Assembly (NCBI GenBank): GCA_965224085.1
Contig: CBDCYI010000004.1
Span: 640,001 to 704,000 of the forward strand
Reading direction: 5' to 3'
From: Candidatus Marinacidobacterales bacterium
Lineage (GTDB): Bacteria; Acidobacteriota; Vicinamibacteria; Marinacidobacterales; SMYC01
DNA: 64,000 bases
Shown here: positions 18,054 through 29,120 of the stretch, piece by piece
How positions within the stretch are numbered: the stretch's first letter is position 1
Layout of the letters: the number at the start of each line of letters is the position of its first letter
The notes under the pieces: generated by a model
The model's input: only the letters and a program-made list of their open reading frames with translations
What the model was told of the DNA's origin: nothing
Database searches by the model: none
Translations under genes and position numbers: made by a program

Positions 18054-21000
18054 GTGACGCTCGGCGTCACCGCCTCTGCCTCGGGTGCGATCGGCGGACT
18101 CGAAGCCGTGTTCTCGGAGGGAGCGATCCTGCAGGATCGCAACGGAGACGGCATCATCGATTTCATCCACGCACGGATCGTCGTTCCCTCGGAACCCACG
18201 CCAGAGGATTTGGTGGCTGCCGCCAATTTCGCCGCCCGCCTGGCCTTCGAATCGTCGGCCTTCACACCCGGTCTCGCGGTGCGGGACACCGACATCGTTC
18301 CCGACCGCGGGTCGCCACCTTTGATCCTCGTGGGAGCCGCGAATCGCTGGGTGAGGCGTCTCGTCGAGCAAGAACGGATCGACCTCAGCGCGCTGGAGCC
18401 GGGTCAAGGCATGGTAACGATCGTCTCGTCCCCTTTCGGCGGCGAGGATGTGGTCGTCGTCGCCGGAGCCGATCCCGCTGGAACCGCGGCCGCAGCGAGC
18501 GGTGCTTCGGCCCGCCTGCCTTACCTGTGGCAGCTCCGGAGCGACTCGCTCGACTCCGTCACAGAGGACGTGCGCGGCTTTCTGTCGATGCGAGACATTC
18601 GGGTCGAGCAGGTAGCCGCACGACAGGCGGTCTACGAGCGAGGCAGGGAGCAGATCCGTCGCCTCAGTTTCGAGGTCGACGTTGGACGTGGCGATGCCCG
18701 CTCGGCGAATCGGCAGCTTGAGGAGCTCTCGGCGGCTCACGTCGTCGGTGAGGCCGACTTCACCGACCGCAACGCCGTTCGGCTGAGCTATTACGGAGCG
18801 GAGAGTCTCGAGATTCGCGTCGAGGGTGCGGAGGCGGTGAGCCTCGACCGGTTCGGCCCGCCCTACCAGAGTAACTTTCCGCCCAATCCCTGGAAGCCCG
18901 AGGTGAAATCCCTCGATCTGCGCTCGCTATACGGGATCGACGGGTTATACGGAGACTCCCGCGGCGAGGACCAGATACCCGACGAGACGGAGACGACGAT
19001 CGTGGTCGGCTCGAGGGCGGGAGGCGCCCTGGCGGTCATCGACCTGGCAGCACGGGTGGCGCTCGAGACGACGGGTATCTCTCTCCCCGTGGCGATCGTC
19101 GAGGACGACGTCGAGGATCCCTCCCGCCTGGCGAACCCGATTCTGGTGGGTCCCGGACGTCTGAGCGATGCCTTGAGACCCCCGCCCGCGCTCGAGCCGG
19201 GCGAGGGGAGCGTCACGATTCTGCCCGAGGCCTTCGGTGCGTTTCCGGCGGTCGTGGTGAGCGGTATCGATACGGAAGGCCTCGACGCGGCGACGTCTTA
19301 TCTGGCTCGCCGCGTACCGTATCTTTGGGAAACGCGTCGCGGGGAGGTGGATTTCACGACGATCAGCGAAGATGTGCGGGCGTTGTTCCGGGTGAGGTCG
19401 ACCGCCGGTCAGGCGGCGCAGGCAACGGTCGCCCTGCGCGAGCTTCTGGAGAGTCTGGAGGGCGAGGAGCTCCACTCGATCGACGTTCAAGTGTTTCTGG
19501 AAGACGAGACGCCTGGGTTGGTGCCGTTTCTGGAGAACGTTGCCCGCGATCACGCTACCGCGGCGGAAGTCACCGCATCGGCGGGCTCGCGCTACGGACC
19601 CGTGGTCGTCTACGACGCGTCGCCCGAGCTCGGCTGGGAGGTCGATGAGCTCCGGGAGCAGCTTCAGGCGGAAGTCTTCTCCCGAGTGACGGCGGGGGAC
19701 GTGGTGGAGCTCGACGTGCTGGTCAGCGAGCCTCCGGAGCTGAGGTCGGAGCTCGAAAAAGAATTTCGGTCGGCTCTGGAATCGGCTGGTGCCGGTGAGA
19801 GCCGCGTCCGGGTGATCAGTGCTTACAAGCAAGGCTTCAGCTGGCTTGCCGACTACGTGCTTGCCGAGATCAAAGGGAAACCACTGGCGCGGGTGCGCGT
19901 GCGGTTTCCCACCGCTCACTATCCTTCGGACGAGACCTGGTACGGCATGCCCATCCGTTGGCTTCAGGAGCTCTTCCCCATCGACGAGATCTTCGCGCGC
20001 GAGCTCGGCATCGACGTCGATGCCACCGAGTTCGTCAAAGTCGAGGACGGCCCGATCGTTTACCGGGTGGAGGTCACGGATCGCGACGGCAACGTGATCC
20101 ACTCCGACGCGTTCTCACCGCGATTCACGACCCGTGAGTACTTCCCTTACAAGCCAACCGCCAAAATCCACTACACCACCGGAGGTTTTCGCGCCCGCGT
20201 CAACGGCGAAGTCCTCGCCGATACGCACGTACGGACGGATCCGGAGCGCCTATGGGATTTCTATCAGAACGAGGCGCTCCCGGAAATGTTCGAGTATGCG
20301 ATCGCCTATACCGGGGGAAATCTGGGGCTCGAAAGCCAGCCTTTCTTTCGCCAGCTGTTTTTCGAAATCCGGCTGAGCGAGCCGGACTTTCTTCTCGACC
20401 TCGACGAGGAGCGGATCTCCGCTCTTGATTCGTTGCACGAAGACTTGACGTTCGACACCATCGATTTCTGGACCATGTTCAGCGGAAACCGCTCCGGGAG
20501 CCTTGCGGTGGCGCCTGGTCGCATCACGCCCATGATCTACCCCAACCATCAGGGGCCCCCAGAGTTCCAGGTCGTCTTGAAAGGAAACGCGGTCCCAGTA
20601 CCCCGGCTCGTGGTGAAGTGGCAGGGCAAGAGCGGCACACGAGGCGAGCGCAGCCTCGACTTGAAGGATCTCGCGCTCGCATCGCCGCGCGTGACCGGGT
20701 TTCGCGTTCGGGCCGGCCAAGAAGGGGCGAGCGAGGTTCGGGTCAGCATGGGCGCCGGGAGCTACGCATCGGCGGCCACCGCCGCGAAGATGGTCCGCGC
20801 GCTCGCGGATATCCACGCATCAGGCGCCCTGCCAGAGGCGCTCAGCTACGCGCGCCTCGACGCGTTGCGGATCGCGACCGAGATCGGCTCGGCCGCGCTG
20901 GAGGAGTCGATCCAGCCCGCGGATCGAGCCGCGCTCGCCCAACCAGGGGATTTTCCGACAATGGCGCCCGAGGCGGGAAAACGCATCGTCACCTGGGACC

Positions 21001-22178
21001 ATGTGATCGCCCCCGCCGAGCTGGAGAACGAGCTGATTCCGCGGCTCCGAACGTTTCCCGAGATAAATGCCTACGTCGCCGGACGGACGTATCGCAAGCG
21101 GAACGTCTGGGCGATGGACGTGATGCTGCCCATGGAGGCCGAGCTCTGGTCGCAGGCGAAGGCGAGCGCGCTCAAACCGATCCTCTTCATCACCACCCGC
21201 CAGCACTCGAACGAAGTCTCGGCGACCAGCGCCGCCCTGCGGTTGATGGAGCTGCTCGTCACCGATCCCGAGTACCGTAAGTACCTCGAGCGGATGAACA
21301 TCGTCTATCACCCGATGGAGAATCCGGACGGCGCTGCCAACCACTACGAGTTCCACAAGCTCACCCCGAGCTACATCCTTCATGGGGGGTACTGGAGCTC
21401 GGTCGCCCGCGACGTGGGCGCCTATATCTGGGATCAAGACCCGTTGCTTCCGGAAGCGTTGGTGCGCCGCAAGCTCTACTACCAGTGGCTGCCCGACGTC
21501 TACATGAACCCGCAAGGCTATCCGAGCCATGAGTGGGTGCACCAGTTCGCCGGCTACAAAGTGCCCTGGTTTCTCGCTTTCTGGATCCCGCGCGGCTATC
21601 ACATCAACCTCCATCACCTAGACGATCCCAACTATCCCGACCACAAGCCCGTGGGCCGCGAGCTCAGGGAACGGATCATCGAAGAGGTGCAGGGAGTCGT
21701 CGCGGTCCGAGCCGCCAACCGGCGACTGGTTCATCGGTTCGAGAAATACGCACGGCGCTACGAGCCCGATCCGTTTCGTCTCGAGATCTACGAAGGAATG
21801 AACATCCTGTTCGACCACTCCTACTCGTTCCGAGACGGCGACGCTTTCAGTCGCGACATCTACGTGAACTCGCTCTGGCGTCGGCCCAACCCGGAGGGAA
21901 GAAGTTTTCTGGAGAAGCATCCTCAGATCACTGTGCTCGATCTGGGCTGCGACATGCCGGACGAGACAGCCTCACCCGCATGGATGGAGACGGTGGCGGC
22001 CCCGGGACAGTTCGGCTACCTTATGTCGGTCGTGAAGCTGATGTACGAAAGCAACTGGGAAGTCCAGCGATTCGAGGAGGATTTTCGCGATCGGGTGCGT
22101 CTTTCCTTCTTCCGCCCCCGGCCGATGCGATCCTCGCGCTTCGGAGCGGCGCGGCCCACGCCATCTCCGGAGGAGTGA
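18054..22178 (+). CDS. Large M14 zinc carboxypeptidase-domain protein; native start apparently deleted
   Basis: DRNGDGIIDF, TRQHSNE (HxxE), ENPDG, NPQGYPSHEW; 1374 aa. Only the h/c-region of a signal peptide remains. Confidence 0.8.
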   Translation: MTLGVTASASGAIGGLEAVFSEGAILQDRNGDGIIDFIHARIVVPSEPTPEDLVAAANFAARLAFESSAFTPGLAVRDTDIVPDRGSPPLILVGAANRWVRRLVEQERIDLSALEPGQGMVTIVSSPFGGEDVVVVAGADPAGTAAAASGASARLPYLWQLRSDSLDSVTEDVRGFLSMRDIRVEQVAARQAVYERGREQIRRLSFEVDVGRGDARSANRQLEELSAAHVVGEADFTDRNAVRLSYYGAESLEIRVEGAEAVSLDRFGPPYQSNFPPNPWKPEVKSLDLRSLYGIDGLYGDSRGEDQIPDETETTIVVGSRAGGALAVIDLAARVALETTGISLPVAIVEDDVEDPSRLANPILVGPGRLSDALRPPPALEPGEGSVTILPEAFGAFPAVVVSGIDTEGLDAATSYLARRVPYLWETRRGEVDFTTISEDVRALFRVRSTAGQAAQATVALRELLESLEGEELHSIDVQVFLEDETPGLVPFLENVARDHATAAEVTASAGSRYGPVVVYDASPELGWEVDELREQLQAEVFSRVTAGDVVELDVLVSEPPELRSELEKEFRSALESAGAGESRVRVISAYKQGFSWLADYVLAEIKGKPLARVRVRFPTAHYPSDETWYGMPIRWLQELFPIDEIFARELGIDVDATEFVKVEDGPIVYRVEVTDRDGNVIHSDAFSPRFTTREYFPYKPTAKIHYTTGGFRARVNGEVLADTHVRTDPERLWDFYQNEALPEMFEYAIAYTGGNLGLESQPFFRQLFFEIRLSEPDFLLDLDEERISALDSLHEDLTFDTIDFWTMFSGNRSGSLAVAPGRITPMIYPNHQGPPEFQVVLKGNAVPVPRLVVKWQGKSGTRGERSLDLKDLALASPRVTGFRVRAGQEGASEVRVSMGAGSYASAATAAKMVRALADIHASGALPEALSYARLDALRIATEIGSAALEESIQPADRAALAQPGDFPTMAPEAGKRIVTWDHVIAPAELENELIPRLRTFPEINAYVAGRTYRKRNVWAMDVMLPMEAELWSQAKASALKPILFITTRQHSNEVSATSAALRLMELLVTDPEYRKYLERMNIVYHPMENPDGAANHYEFHKLTPSYILHGGYWSSVARDVGAYIWDQDPLLPEALVRRKLYYQWLPDVYMNPQGYPSHEWVHQFAGYKVPWFLAFWIPRGYHINLHHLDDPNYPDHKPVGRELRERIIEEVQGVVAVRAANRRLVHRFEKYARRYEPDPFRLEIYEGMNILFDHSYSFRDGDAFSRDIYVNSLWRRPNPEGRSFLEKHPQITVLDLGCDMPDETASPAWMETVAAPGQFGYLMSVVKLMYESNWEVQRFEEDFRDRVRLSFFRPRPMRSSRFGAARPTPSPEE

Positions 22179-22276
22179 GCCCTGAGAACGGGAGTATGTT
22201 TGCTCGTTGCTCTCGCTCTCGCCGCCGACGCCGCATCCTCGCAGGAAACACATCCGGGCCTCGACGCAGCGTTTAG
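22175..22276 (+). pseudogene. Signal-peptide-only gene start truncated at IS boundary
   Basis: GTG overlaps the M14 stop: MSLRTGVCLLVALALAADAASSQETHPGLDAAF, which resembles GLEAVFS of the upstream M14. Confidence 0.45.
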
Positions 22277-24206
22277 CCGGAAGTTCCCGGCTTAGGCCAG
22301 ACGTAATGTATTGAACGCGTGGAGTTTTTCATCAGGGAAGGTTTCCCGGCACTGGGAACAAACCGAGCAGTTGCATTGCGCGTTGTTGTGTTGAGTTGGC
22401 TTCGGTCACCATCTGGAATGGTGGAGCGGTCGGGTCGGCTTTGAGTTGGCAAAGGTTGAGACTGCGGGTAGCAAGCTCGGCAAGAAGCGTGGGGAAACTG
22501 TGAATAGGTAATCCGTCAGATGTGCGACGGACGCTCTTTTTGTTTTTGGCCGAAGTCGAGGGCAGAGCTGGCAAGACGGGGTCTCGGGTCTCGCGGTCGG
22601 CGTCAAGTTGCTCGTCGACGAAAAGTAGTGGAGCAAGGGCCTTTTTCATGTGCCATTGCACATAGTAGGCGAGCAAGCACAAGAAGATGTGTGCCCGCAC
22701 GCGTTGGGCATCGCGATGGCGGATGGGTCGTACTAACAGGTCGATGCCCTTCAAACAACGAAAGGCTTGTTCAACCTGAGAGAGCCGCTTGTAGCTGCGC
22801 ACGGTGTCCTCGGCCGAGAGATGCTCAAGCGGCTCGCTGGTGCGGATTACGTAGATGCCGTCGCGTTCCGATTCTCGGCGAATGCTTTCCTCGCGTCTGC
22901 TGTAGCTAAAAAGGCTATCTTCGATCTTCAGTGTGAAGTGCTTGCCCACTTTGTAATGGTTGAGCACCTTTCCGACCTTCTTGCCAATTTCAGCTTTGTC
23001 CAAAGGAGTTTTCGTTCGCCGGGCAACCTGTCGGCGGATCTTGTCGAACTTGGCCTCGGTCGCTTCAAGCAGGGCCTGGCGCTTCCTTCGCCTCTCTTCG
23101 GCCAGCAGAGGGTTGTAGCAAGCAATCAGTCGCTCACCGGGAAAATCAATAGAAGTGATCTCCGCCAGGTTTTTTTGGTCGAACAGCGACAGCTGCAAAC
23201 ACTCCGTGTCCAGTAGTTTGCGAATCGCTGTCGAACGCAAGGCTGAGATCCAGCCAAGTCCTGGGTATTGCCTTAGAGCCTTAATCTGAGTCTGAGTGAG
23301 CAAGCCCCGGTCACCAACCAGCACCACCTGTTGAAGCTCAAAACGCTCACGAAGCTTTTGTACTTGATCCGGCAGTGTCGTCGGATCCCCTGTGTTCCCC
23401 GGGTAGACCTCCACGGCCACGGGACGTCCTTCGTGGTCCGTTAACACTCCATAGACAACGATGGGTTTGCCCTTTTTACCATCTCGGCCGTAGCCGAAAA
23501 GAGCCAGTGGACAGGTGCGTCCTTCATAGTAGCTACTGCTCACATCGTAAAGCACCTGTGCACCCTCGGAAAGGTGTCGACTCGCCAGCTTCTTTTCGAT
23601 CCGAGACTGGCGCTGGATCAACCAATCCATTGCCGCATAGAGATCATCTTCGTCCGCATCGACCACGCCGAGCTCTTGCGCCAGCGTTGTCGTGTGCCAC
23701 AGTCGTGTCGTGCCCAACTTCGAGCTGGGATGAATGAGTTGCTCGGCAATCATGGCGATAACCAGATCGCGTTCGCGACATCGTTTCGACGCGATGAGTC
23801 TATCGAGTTCCAGTTGGTGGATGGTGCCGAGCACTGCCTCGACATGGCCGTGGGGCAGTGTCCGCTGCACGACGAACACATCCGACGGAGCCATCAAGGG
23901 CTCGTCTCTCAGTAAGCGTCGCAGGGCTTCGACCTTGGCCTTGGGCCACTCCGTCAGATTGGCGATGGTGCGTTTTCGGATGCGCTTTCCCTCTCGCCAA
24001 CCCTCGCGCAACAAGATGGCTGGCCGGGAGTTCCGGTTGGGAACGATGTCGACATACATGGCAACAATAATACACATAAAAAGCTTAATATCAATATAAA
24101 ACAGATCAATACATGGGAAAACTTGTGGGGCCACATTTTCTCGTTTCCCACTTAGAATCAATGAATTACACCCCGTTCTAGGTGTTTCTGTTAGGGGAAC
24201 TTCTGT
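22277..24206 (-). mobile_element. IS1634-family insertion sequence
   Basis: Imperfect IRs CCGGAAGTTCCC / GGGAACTTCTGT, flanked by TTAG at 22273-22276 and 24207-24210. Lower GC than flanks. Confidence 0.85.
22332..24059 (-). CDS. IS1634-family DDE transposase
   Basis: MYVDIVPNRNSRPAILLRE, LYDVSSSYYEG, GYGRDGK, VGDRG, YKRLSQVEQAFR, RVRAHIFLC. Confidence 0.9.
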   Translation of the reverse strand: MYVDIVPNRNSRPAILLREGWREGKRIRKRTIANLTEWPKAKVEALRRLLRDEPLMAPSDVFVVQRTLPHGHVEAVLGTIHQLELDRLIASKRCRERDLVIAMIAEQLIHPSSKLGTTRLWHTTTLAQELGVVDADEDDLYAAMDWLIQRQSRIEKKLASRHLSEGAQVLYDVSSSYYEGRTCPLALFGYGRDGKKGKPIVVYGVLTDHEGRPVAVEVYPGNTGDPTTLPDQVQKLRERFELQQVVLVGDRGLLTQTQIKALRQYPGLGWISALRSTAIRKLLDTECLQLSLFDQKNLAEITSIDFPGERLIACYNPLLAEERRRKRQALLEATEAKFDKIRRQVARRTKTPLDKAEIGKKVGKVLNHYKVGKHFTLKIEDSLFSYSRREESIRRESERDGIYVIRTSEPLEHLSAEDTVRSYKRLSQVEQAFRCLKGIDLLVRPIRHRDAQRVRAHIFLCLLAYYVQWHMKKALAPLLFVDEQLDADRETRDPVLPALPSTSAKNKKSVRRTSDGLPIHSFPTLLAELATRSLNLCQLKADPTAPPFQMVTEANSTQQRAMQLLGLFPVPGNLP

Positions 24207-26543
24207 TTAGCGGGGCGCGTCACGGATCGAGAACAGATGGTGCTGCGTCCGGATGAGAAGCTGGCCTTCCGCCGCCGCTGGAGTCGCCATCGTGACCTCG
24301 CCCATGCGGTTCGTCCGCAGAAGCTCGAACTCCGGACCGGCGCGCACCACATGGATTTCCCCGTCTTCGCTCGTGAGGTAGAGCTTGCCGTCGGACGCGA
24401 TCGGTGAAGCGCTGAACGCCCCGGACGCGACGCGCTTCTGATAGACCCGCTCGCCAGTCGCGGCTCGATAGCAGGACAGGACACCGTTGTTCTGGCACGT
24501 ATAGAGGTGTTCGCGATAAACAATCGGCGTGGTCATGTAGGAGCCGTCGCGCTCGGTGCTCCACACGACTTCTCCACCGTGACGAAGAGCGAAGATCGGC
24601 TTGATACGGTAGCCACTCGTGATGAACACGCGATCGCCGGAGACGACGGGCGTCGGTGTCGTGTTCTTGGAGCTTCCTGGAAGGCGCCAGAGCTCCGAGC
24701 CCGTGCGCGGGTTGTAGCCATGCATCCACTCAGCGCCGTTCGTGATGAGCTCCACGCCGTTCGGCCCATCGAACAATGCCGGTGTCGAAAAAGACGAGAT
24801 GACGTCACGTGCGACGCGCCAAACGGGCTCGCCCGTCTCCACATCGAACGCCGCCATGAACGATCGGCCTCGCTGTTGATCGACGAGAAGGATGACGAGG
24901 CTCTCGTAGATGATGGGCGAACTCGCAGGACCCCAGTCGTAAGTATCGTCGTAGGACGCGCCGGCATCGACCATCCCGAGGTCATGCTTCCATAGAAGCT
25001 CGCCGTCCAGATCGTAGGCGTAAATCCCGTCGGAGCCGAAATAGGCCACGACGCGCTCACCGTCGGTGACAGGGGTCGAGGACGCATAGCTGTTTTTTCG
25101 ATGCCTTTGAATCGCGGGCACACCGCTCGACGCTTCACGCTCCCATAGAACCCGGCCACTCCGCCGATCGAGACAATAGACGCGGAAACTGTGGCGCGAC
25201 AGGTCCGTCCGCCGGTCGATGCGGCCATCGAGCCCGTGCACGAAAATCGAGTCGGGATTTTCGCTGACCGCTGTCGTCAGAAAGACACGCTCACCCCAGA
25301 AGATCGGACTCGAATGTCCAAGACCGGGGATAGCCGTCTTCCACTCGACGTGGACCGAGCCCTCACCATCCCATTCGTCCGGAAGATCGAGTCCGTCCGC
25401 GAGTCCCGAAGCGTTCGGACCTCGAAAGCTCGGCCAGCTCCGCGCGGAGCGTTCGACGGGAGCATTGAAATAAACGACGTTCGCGGCACCGGAGCTCGCA
25501 ACGACGACGTCCGGATAGCCGTCGCCGTTCACGTCGCCGACCGCGAGGTTGTAGCTCACGTCGTCTGCCTCGGCGAAGCGAAGCTCACGAAGCTCCCCGT
25601 TGGAACTGTTGAAAAAGACTGCGTTGGACTGCTCGTTGTTCGCAATGATGATATCGAGCGTTCCGTCGAGATCGAGATCCGCTAGAGCGACCGCGTAGCT
25701 CGCGCCGTCCTCGCGACCAAACAGGCGCTCTCTCGGAAATACTCCCATCCCATCGCCAAAAAAGATCCCGTTCGGCTCTCCGATATTGGCTGTCACGAGG
25801 TCGAGACGGCCGTCGCCATCCACGTCACCCACGGCAATCCCTCGCGACTCGTCCGAGCCCGTCCCGAAGCCGATGCGCTCGTCGCCGATGAGGACAAAGT
25901 TCTCCTGGCCATCGCGATTGGCGAGAGCGAGCTCGAGCGTTCCATCGTCGTTCAGGTCGAACGCCGCCACCGCGATGGTCGCGTCGCGCTCGGAGCCGAA
26001 CATCGCATCTCGCGCAAACTGTCCATGCCCGTCGTTGAAATAAATATAGTTCGGAGCGCCACGGTTCGTGACGAGAATGTCCCGAGCGCCATCGCCATCC
26101 ATATCGGCAATGACGAGATTCCGCGTCGGCACGTCGTCGCGGCCGAAGCTGCCGCGATGCGAGAAGTTCCCCTTGCCGTCATTCTCATAGATGTTCTTGG
26201 TCGTGCGGTCGTTCCCGACCGCCACGTCCAAATCGCCGTCGCCATCGAAATCCGCGAGCGCGGCGCGGTAGCTCGTCGCTAGCTCCTCGCCCAGCCGGCG
26301 GACCGTGCGAAAGAAGCCGCGGCCGTCGTTCAAGAACACGTAGTTCTGCTGTGCCCAGTGCCGGCCATTGGCGACGACAGCGTCGAGGTCACCGTCGCCG
26401 TCGACATCTCCCAAGCTGATCGAGGCCGTGAGATTCGCCTCGGCACCCAGCCGCGCGTACGGATGCGTGACGAGCCGCCGCTCTTCGGCCGCGGCAAAAC
26501 GGGAAAGGAAGAAGAACGTCAAGAGAAATGTCGGTCGCCTCAT
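24207..26543 (-). CDS. Secreted FG-GAP/VCBS repeat plus PQQ-like beta-propeller fusion protein
   Basis: Signal peptide. About seven [10 protein letters not shown]-type repeats, then [30 protein letters not shown]. Confidence 0.85.
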   Translation of the reverse strand: MRRPTFLLTFFFLSRFAAAEERRLVTHPYARLGAEANLTASISLGDVDGDGDLDAVVANGRHWAQQNYVFLNDGRGFFRTVRRLGEELATSYRAALADFDGDGDLDVAVGNDRTTKNIYENDGKGNFSHRGSFGRDDVPTRNLVIADMDGDGARDILVTNRGAPNYIYFNDGHGQFARDAMFGSERDATIAVAAFDLNDDGTLELALANRDGQENFVLIGDERIGFGTGSDESRGIAVGDVDGDGRLDLVTANIGEPNGIFFGDGMGVFPRERLFGREDGASYAVALADLDLDGTLDIIIANNEQSNAVFFNSSNGELRELRFAEADDVSYNLAVGDVNGDGYPDVVVASSGAANVVYFNAPVERSARSWPSFRGPNASGLADGLDLPDEWDGEGSVHVEWKTAIPGLGHSSPIFWGERVFLTTAVSENPDSIFVHGLDGRIDRRTDLSRHSFRVYCLDRRSGRVLWEREASSGVPAIQRHRKNSYASSTPVTDGERVVAYFGSDGIYAYDLDGELLWKHDLGMVDAGASYDDTYDWGPASSPIIYESLVILLVDQQRGRSFMAAFDVETGEPVWRVARDVISSFSTPALFDGPNGVELITNGAEWMHGYNPRTGSELWRLPGSSKNTTPTPVVSGDRVFITSGYRIKPIFALRHGGEVVWSTERDGSYMTTPIVYREHLYTCQNNGVLSCYRAATGERVYQKRVASGAFSASPIASDGKLYLTSEDGEIHVVRAGPEFELLRTNRMGEVTMATPAAAEGQLLIRTQHHLFSIRDAPR

Positions 26544-26553
26544 CGAACGAAGT

Positions 26554-27018
26554 TTACACTTTCTTTTCTTTCCACTTGCCTCGCCGGAACGTGAGGATGC
26601 CGACGACCGCCGAGAGCGAGTAGGAAAGCGCGATGGCGACAAACACGCCCTTGGGGCCGATACCGAGGAAGATCGCGAGCAGCCAGGCCAAAGGGATCTG
26701 AAAGAGCCAGAAGCAGAAAAAATTGATCCACGTCGGCGTGGCGGTGTCGCCGGCGCCGTTGAACGCCTGCATCATGACCATACCCCAGGCGTAGAAGATG
26801 TACCCGTAGCTGATGATTCGAAGGCTCTCGATCCCGACGGGGGCGATCGCGGAATCGGTCGTAAAGATGTGGATGATGTCGGGCGCGAGCGAGACGAAGA
26901 CTACGGTCACGATCGCCATGAAGGCCATATTCCACATGCCCGTGATCCAGACCGCACGCTCGGGGCGCTCGGGCTTGTTCGCGACGAGGTTTTGGCCCGC
27001 GAGCACGGCGCAACCGAA
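26554..27018 (-). pseudogene. MATE efflux transporter C-terminal remnant, cut at oriIS
   Basis: GQNLVANKPER, QAFNGAGDTATP, FRRGKWKEKKV. The 5' part is replaced by the oriIS end. Confidence 0.8.
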
Positions 27019-27312
27019 AAGTATAGGAAATTTCAAAGCCTTCCCGGGGCGTTGCACTGCGAATTCTCCAGCTTGAACGAGGTGACGTCACCTCATGCGG
27101 TGTCAGTGACATTTGCAAAAGGTATTGAGCAAGGCAAGGCGGTGAAGGCGGAGGGTTTTCCTGGGGAAGACACAGGTATGGCGTGCGTTGCCAAAGAAAA
27201 CGGCACAGAGGAGATAAAGCTAAGCTAAGGCTGAGGAGGAGCGCGGGAGGTGGGTCTTGGACGTTTTGAAATGATCCAAGATTTTTCGAATGACTTTCTG
27301 TTCGGTGATGAG
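27019..27312 (-). mobile_element. IS91/ISCR-like right-end remnant, copy B (transposase C-terminus plus oriIS)
   Basis: LITEQKVIRKILDHF and, in a shifted frame, RAPP. Then the 16-bp palindrome at 27079-27094 and GGCTTTGAAATTTCCTATACTT. Confidence 0.75.
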
Positions 27313-27471
27313 CTGCCCGCCCAGCTCCTCGGAAGAGAGAAAGTAGATGTGCGCCGTCAGCGCTTCGGCCCGGATGTTATCGAAGCCGGTGCGAGCCTCA
27401 TCCGGCTGGGCGAGCAAGGATGCGGCGAAGACTCCGAACAGAAAGATCGGGATCGACGTTCTTACCGACAT
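27313..27471 (-). pseudogene. M28-like peptidase N-terminal shard fused to the transposase remnant
   Basis: MSVRTSIPIFLFGVFAASLLAQ...IRAEALTAHIYFLSSEELGG, resembling HxxFLxSDELxGR. Confidence 0.65.
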
Positions 27472-27666
27472 CGCTCGAACACCCCTTCCGGGGCCGAGCT
27501 CACGCCGCCCGGGACGGGATCGACGCGAGCCGACCGGTGACCGATATCGATTTTCGATTGTACTCCCACATGCAAGCATGGACTACGCGAGCATCGAGGC
27601 GGCGGTGAAACGCGCCCGTCTCTATTCCGCGCTGGTGCTCCGGATGTTGCGGTACACTCTCGTCTC

Positions 27667-28614
27667 ATGGCGCGATTCGGCATCCAGCTCGAGCCCATGT
27701 GGGGCTTCTCGTACGAGGACTTCGTCCGCATTGCGCGGGCCGCGGAGGGCGCCGGCTTCGATTCGCTATGGGTCTCCGATCATCTGTTTCTCGACGAAGA
27801 CTCGGTGGATCGAAACTGTTTCGAAGCCTGGACGATACTGACCGCTCTCGCGATGGTGACCGAGCGACTTCGGCTGGGGACACTAGTCACGTGCAACTCC
27901 TATCGGCGGCCGGCCATTCTGGCCAAGGTGGCGGCGTCTTTCGATCAGATCAGCGCGGGTCGCCTGGAGTTCGGGATCGGTGCCGGGTGGAAGAAGTTGG
28001 AATACGGGGCTTACGGGATTCCATTCCCGTCTCTGGCGACCCGAACGAAGCAGCTCGATGAAGCGGTTCGACTCGTCCGCCGGTTGTGGACCGAGCCCCG
28101 CGTCACGTTCGAAGGAGAGCACTATCAGTTGCGCGACGCCGTTTGCGCACCGAAGCCGGTGCAGAAGCCGCCGCCGGTGTGGATCGGAGGTGCCGAGGAG
28201 CGCCGCATCCTGCCGCTGGTGGCCGAGCTCGCCGACGGGTGGAATATGCTTCCCGGTGTGCCCCTTCCTGAAGTCGAGCAGAAAATGGACGTGCTCCGCC
28301 GGCTGTGCGACGAGCGAAGCCGCGACTTCGACGCGATACGGAAATCTGTCTTCGTCGAGGTGATCCTGGCGGACACCACCCAGGAACTCGACCAGCTCTC
28401 GGCCGAGCTCGCGGAGGCGCTCGGCGAAAAAGGGGAAGAGGTCTTCGAGCGGGCGAAAAAGGTTGGCACCGCCGGCTCTCCCGCCGAGGTGGCGGAACGG
28501 CTGCGTGCCTTTCAGGAGCTCGGCTTTCAGGAGCTCAACATCATGTTTCCCTACCGACGCGACGAGGAGACCCTCCTCCGTTTCGCAGAGACGGTGGCTC
28601 CCCGGCTCGATTGA
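27667..28614 (+). CDS. LLM-class, probably F420-dependent oxidoreductase
   Basis: AEGAGFDSLWVSDH, LRLGTLVTCNSYRRPAILAK, GRLEFGIGAGW, PKPVQKPPPVWIGG. Confidence 0.85.
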   Translation: MARFGIQLEPMWGFSYEDFVRIARAAEGAGFDSLWVSDHLFLDEDSVDRNCFEAWTILTALAMVTERLRLGTLVTCNSYRRPAILAKVAASFDQISAGRLEFGIGAGWKKLEYGAYGIPFPSLATRTKQLDEAVRLVRRLWTEPRVTFEGEHYQLRDAVCAPKPVQKPPPVWIGGAEERRILPLVAELADGWNMLPGVPLPEVEQKMDVLRRLCDERSRDFDAIRKSVFVEVILADTTQELDQLSAELAEALGEKGEEVFERAKKVGTAGSPAEVAERLRAFQELGFQELNIMFPYRRDEETLLRFAETVAPRLD

Positions 28615-28679
28615 AGGAGAGTGAGGCGTAACCTTCTGGTGCGCTGAAAGAGCATGCGAGACCCACGGCTCGGGAGCAA

Positions 28680-29120
28680 ATGATGGGTATGACCGTTGCG
28701 CAAGCGTTGGCGCGGGGAATGAAGGCGTTCGGTGCGAAGTACGTTTTCACGCTGACCGGCGCCCCTCAGGATCCGCTGCTCGAGATGCAGAATCGTGAGG
28801 AGATCCGGGTCGTTCTCGCTCGAAGCGAGCGGTCGGCATTCTGCATGGCGGACGCCCATGCACGGTTTCCCGGAAAGCCAGCCTTCGGCGAGGTCCAGTT
28901 CGGTCCCGGGGCCACCTATCTGCCGCCGTCGTTGATCGATGCTTTCTGGGCCAAGAGCCCGCTCGTCGCCATTAGCGCGTCCACGAGCACACGGATGAAA
29001 CACTTGCTGGACTATGAGGAGGCGGACCAGCTACCGATGTTCCAGCCTTTCACGGCTCGACATACCCGTCGTCACATTGCTCGCCGGAAAGGGCTCGATC
29101 GCCGAGACGCATCCGCTCGC
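28680..29120 (+). pseudogene. Truncated, internally deleted second copy of the TPP enzyme gene
   Basis: About 95% identical to 12234-12607(-) plus its upstream leader. Jumps to RLDIPVVTLLAGKGSIAETHPLA and then ends. Confidence 0.9.

Noticed and set aside
28680-29054. Duplicate TPP segment as a DGR template/variable repeat pair
   Set aside because: Mismatches are largely synonymous and not adenine-specific, and there is no reverse transcriptase in the window.
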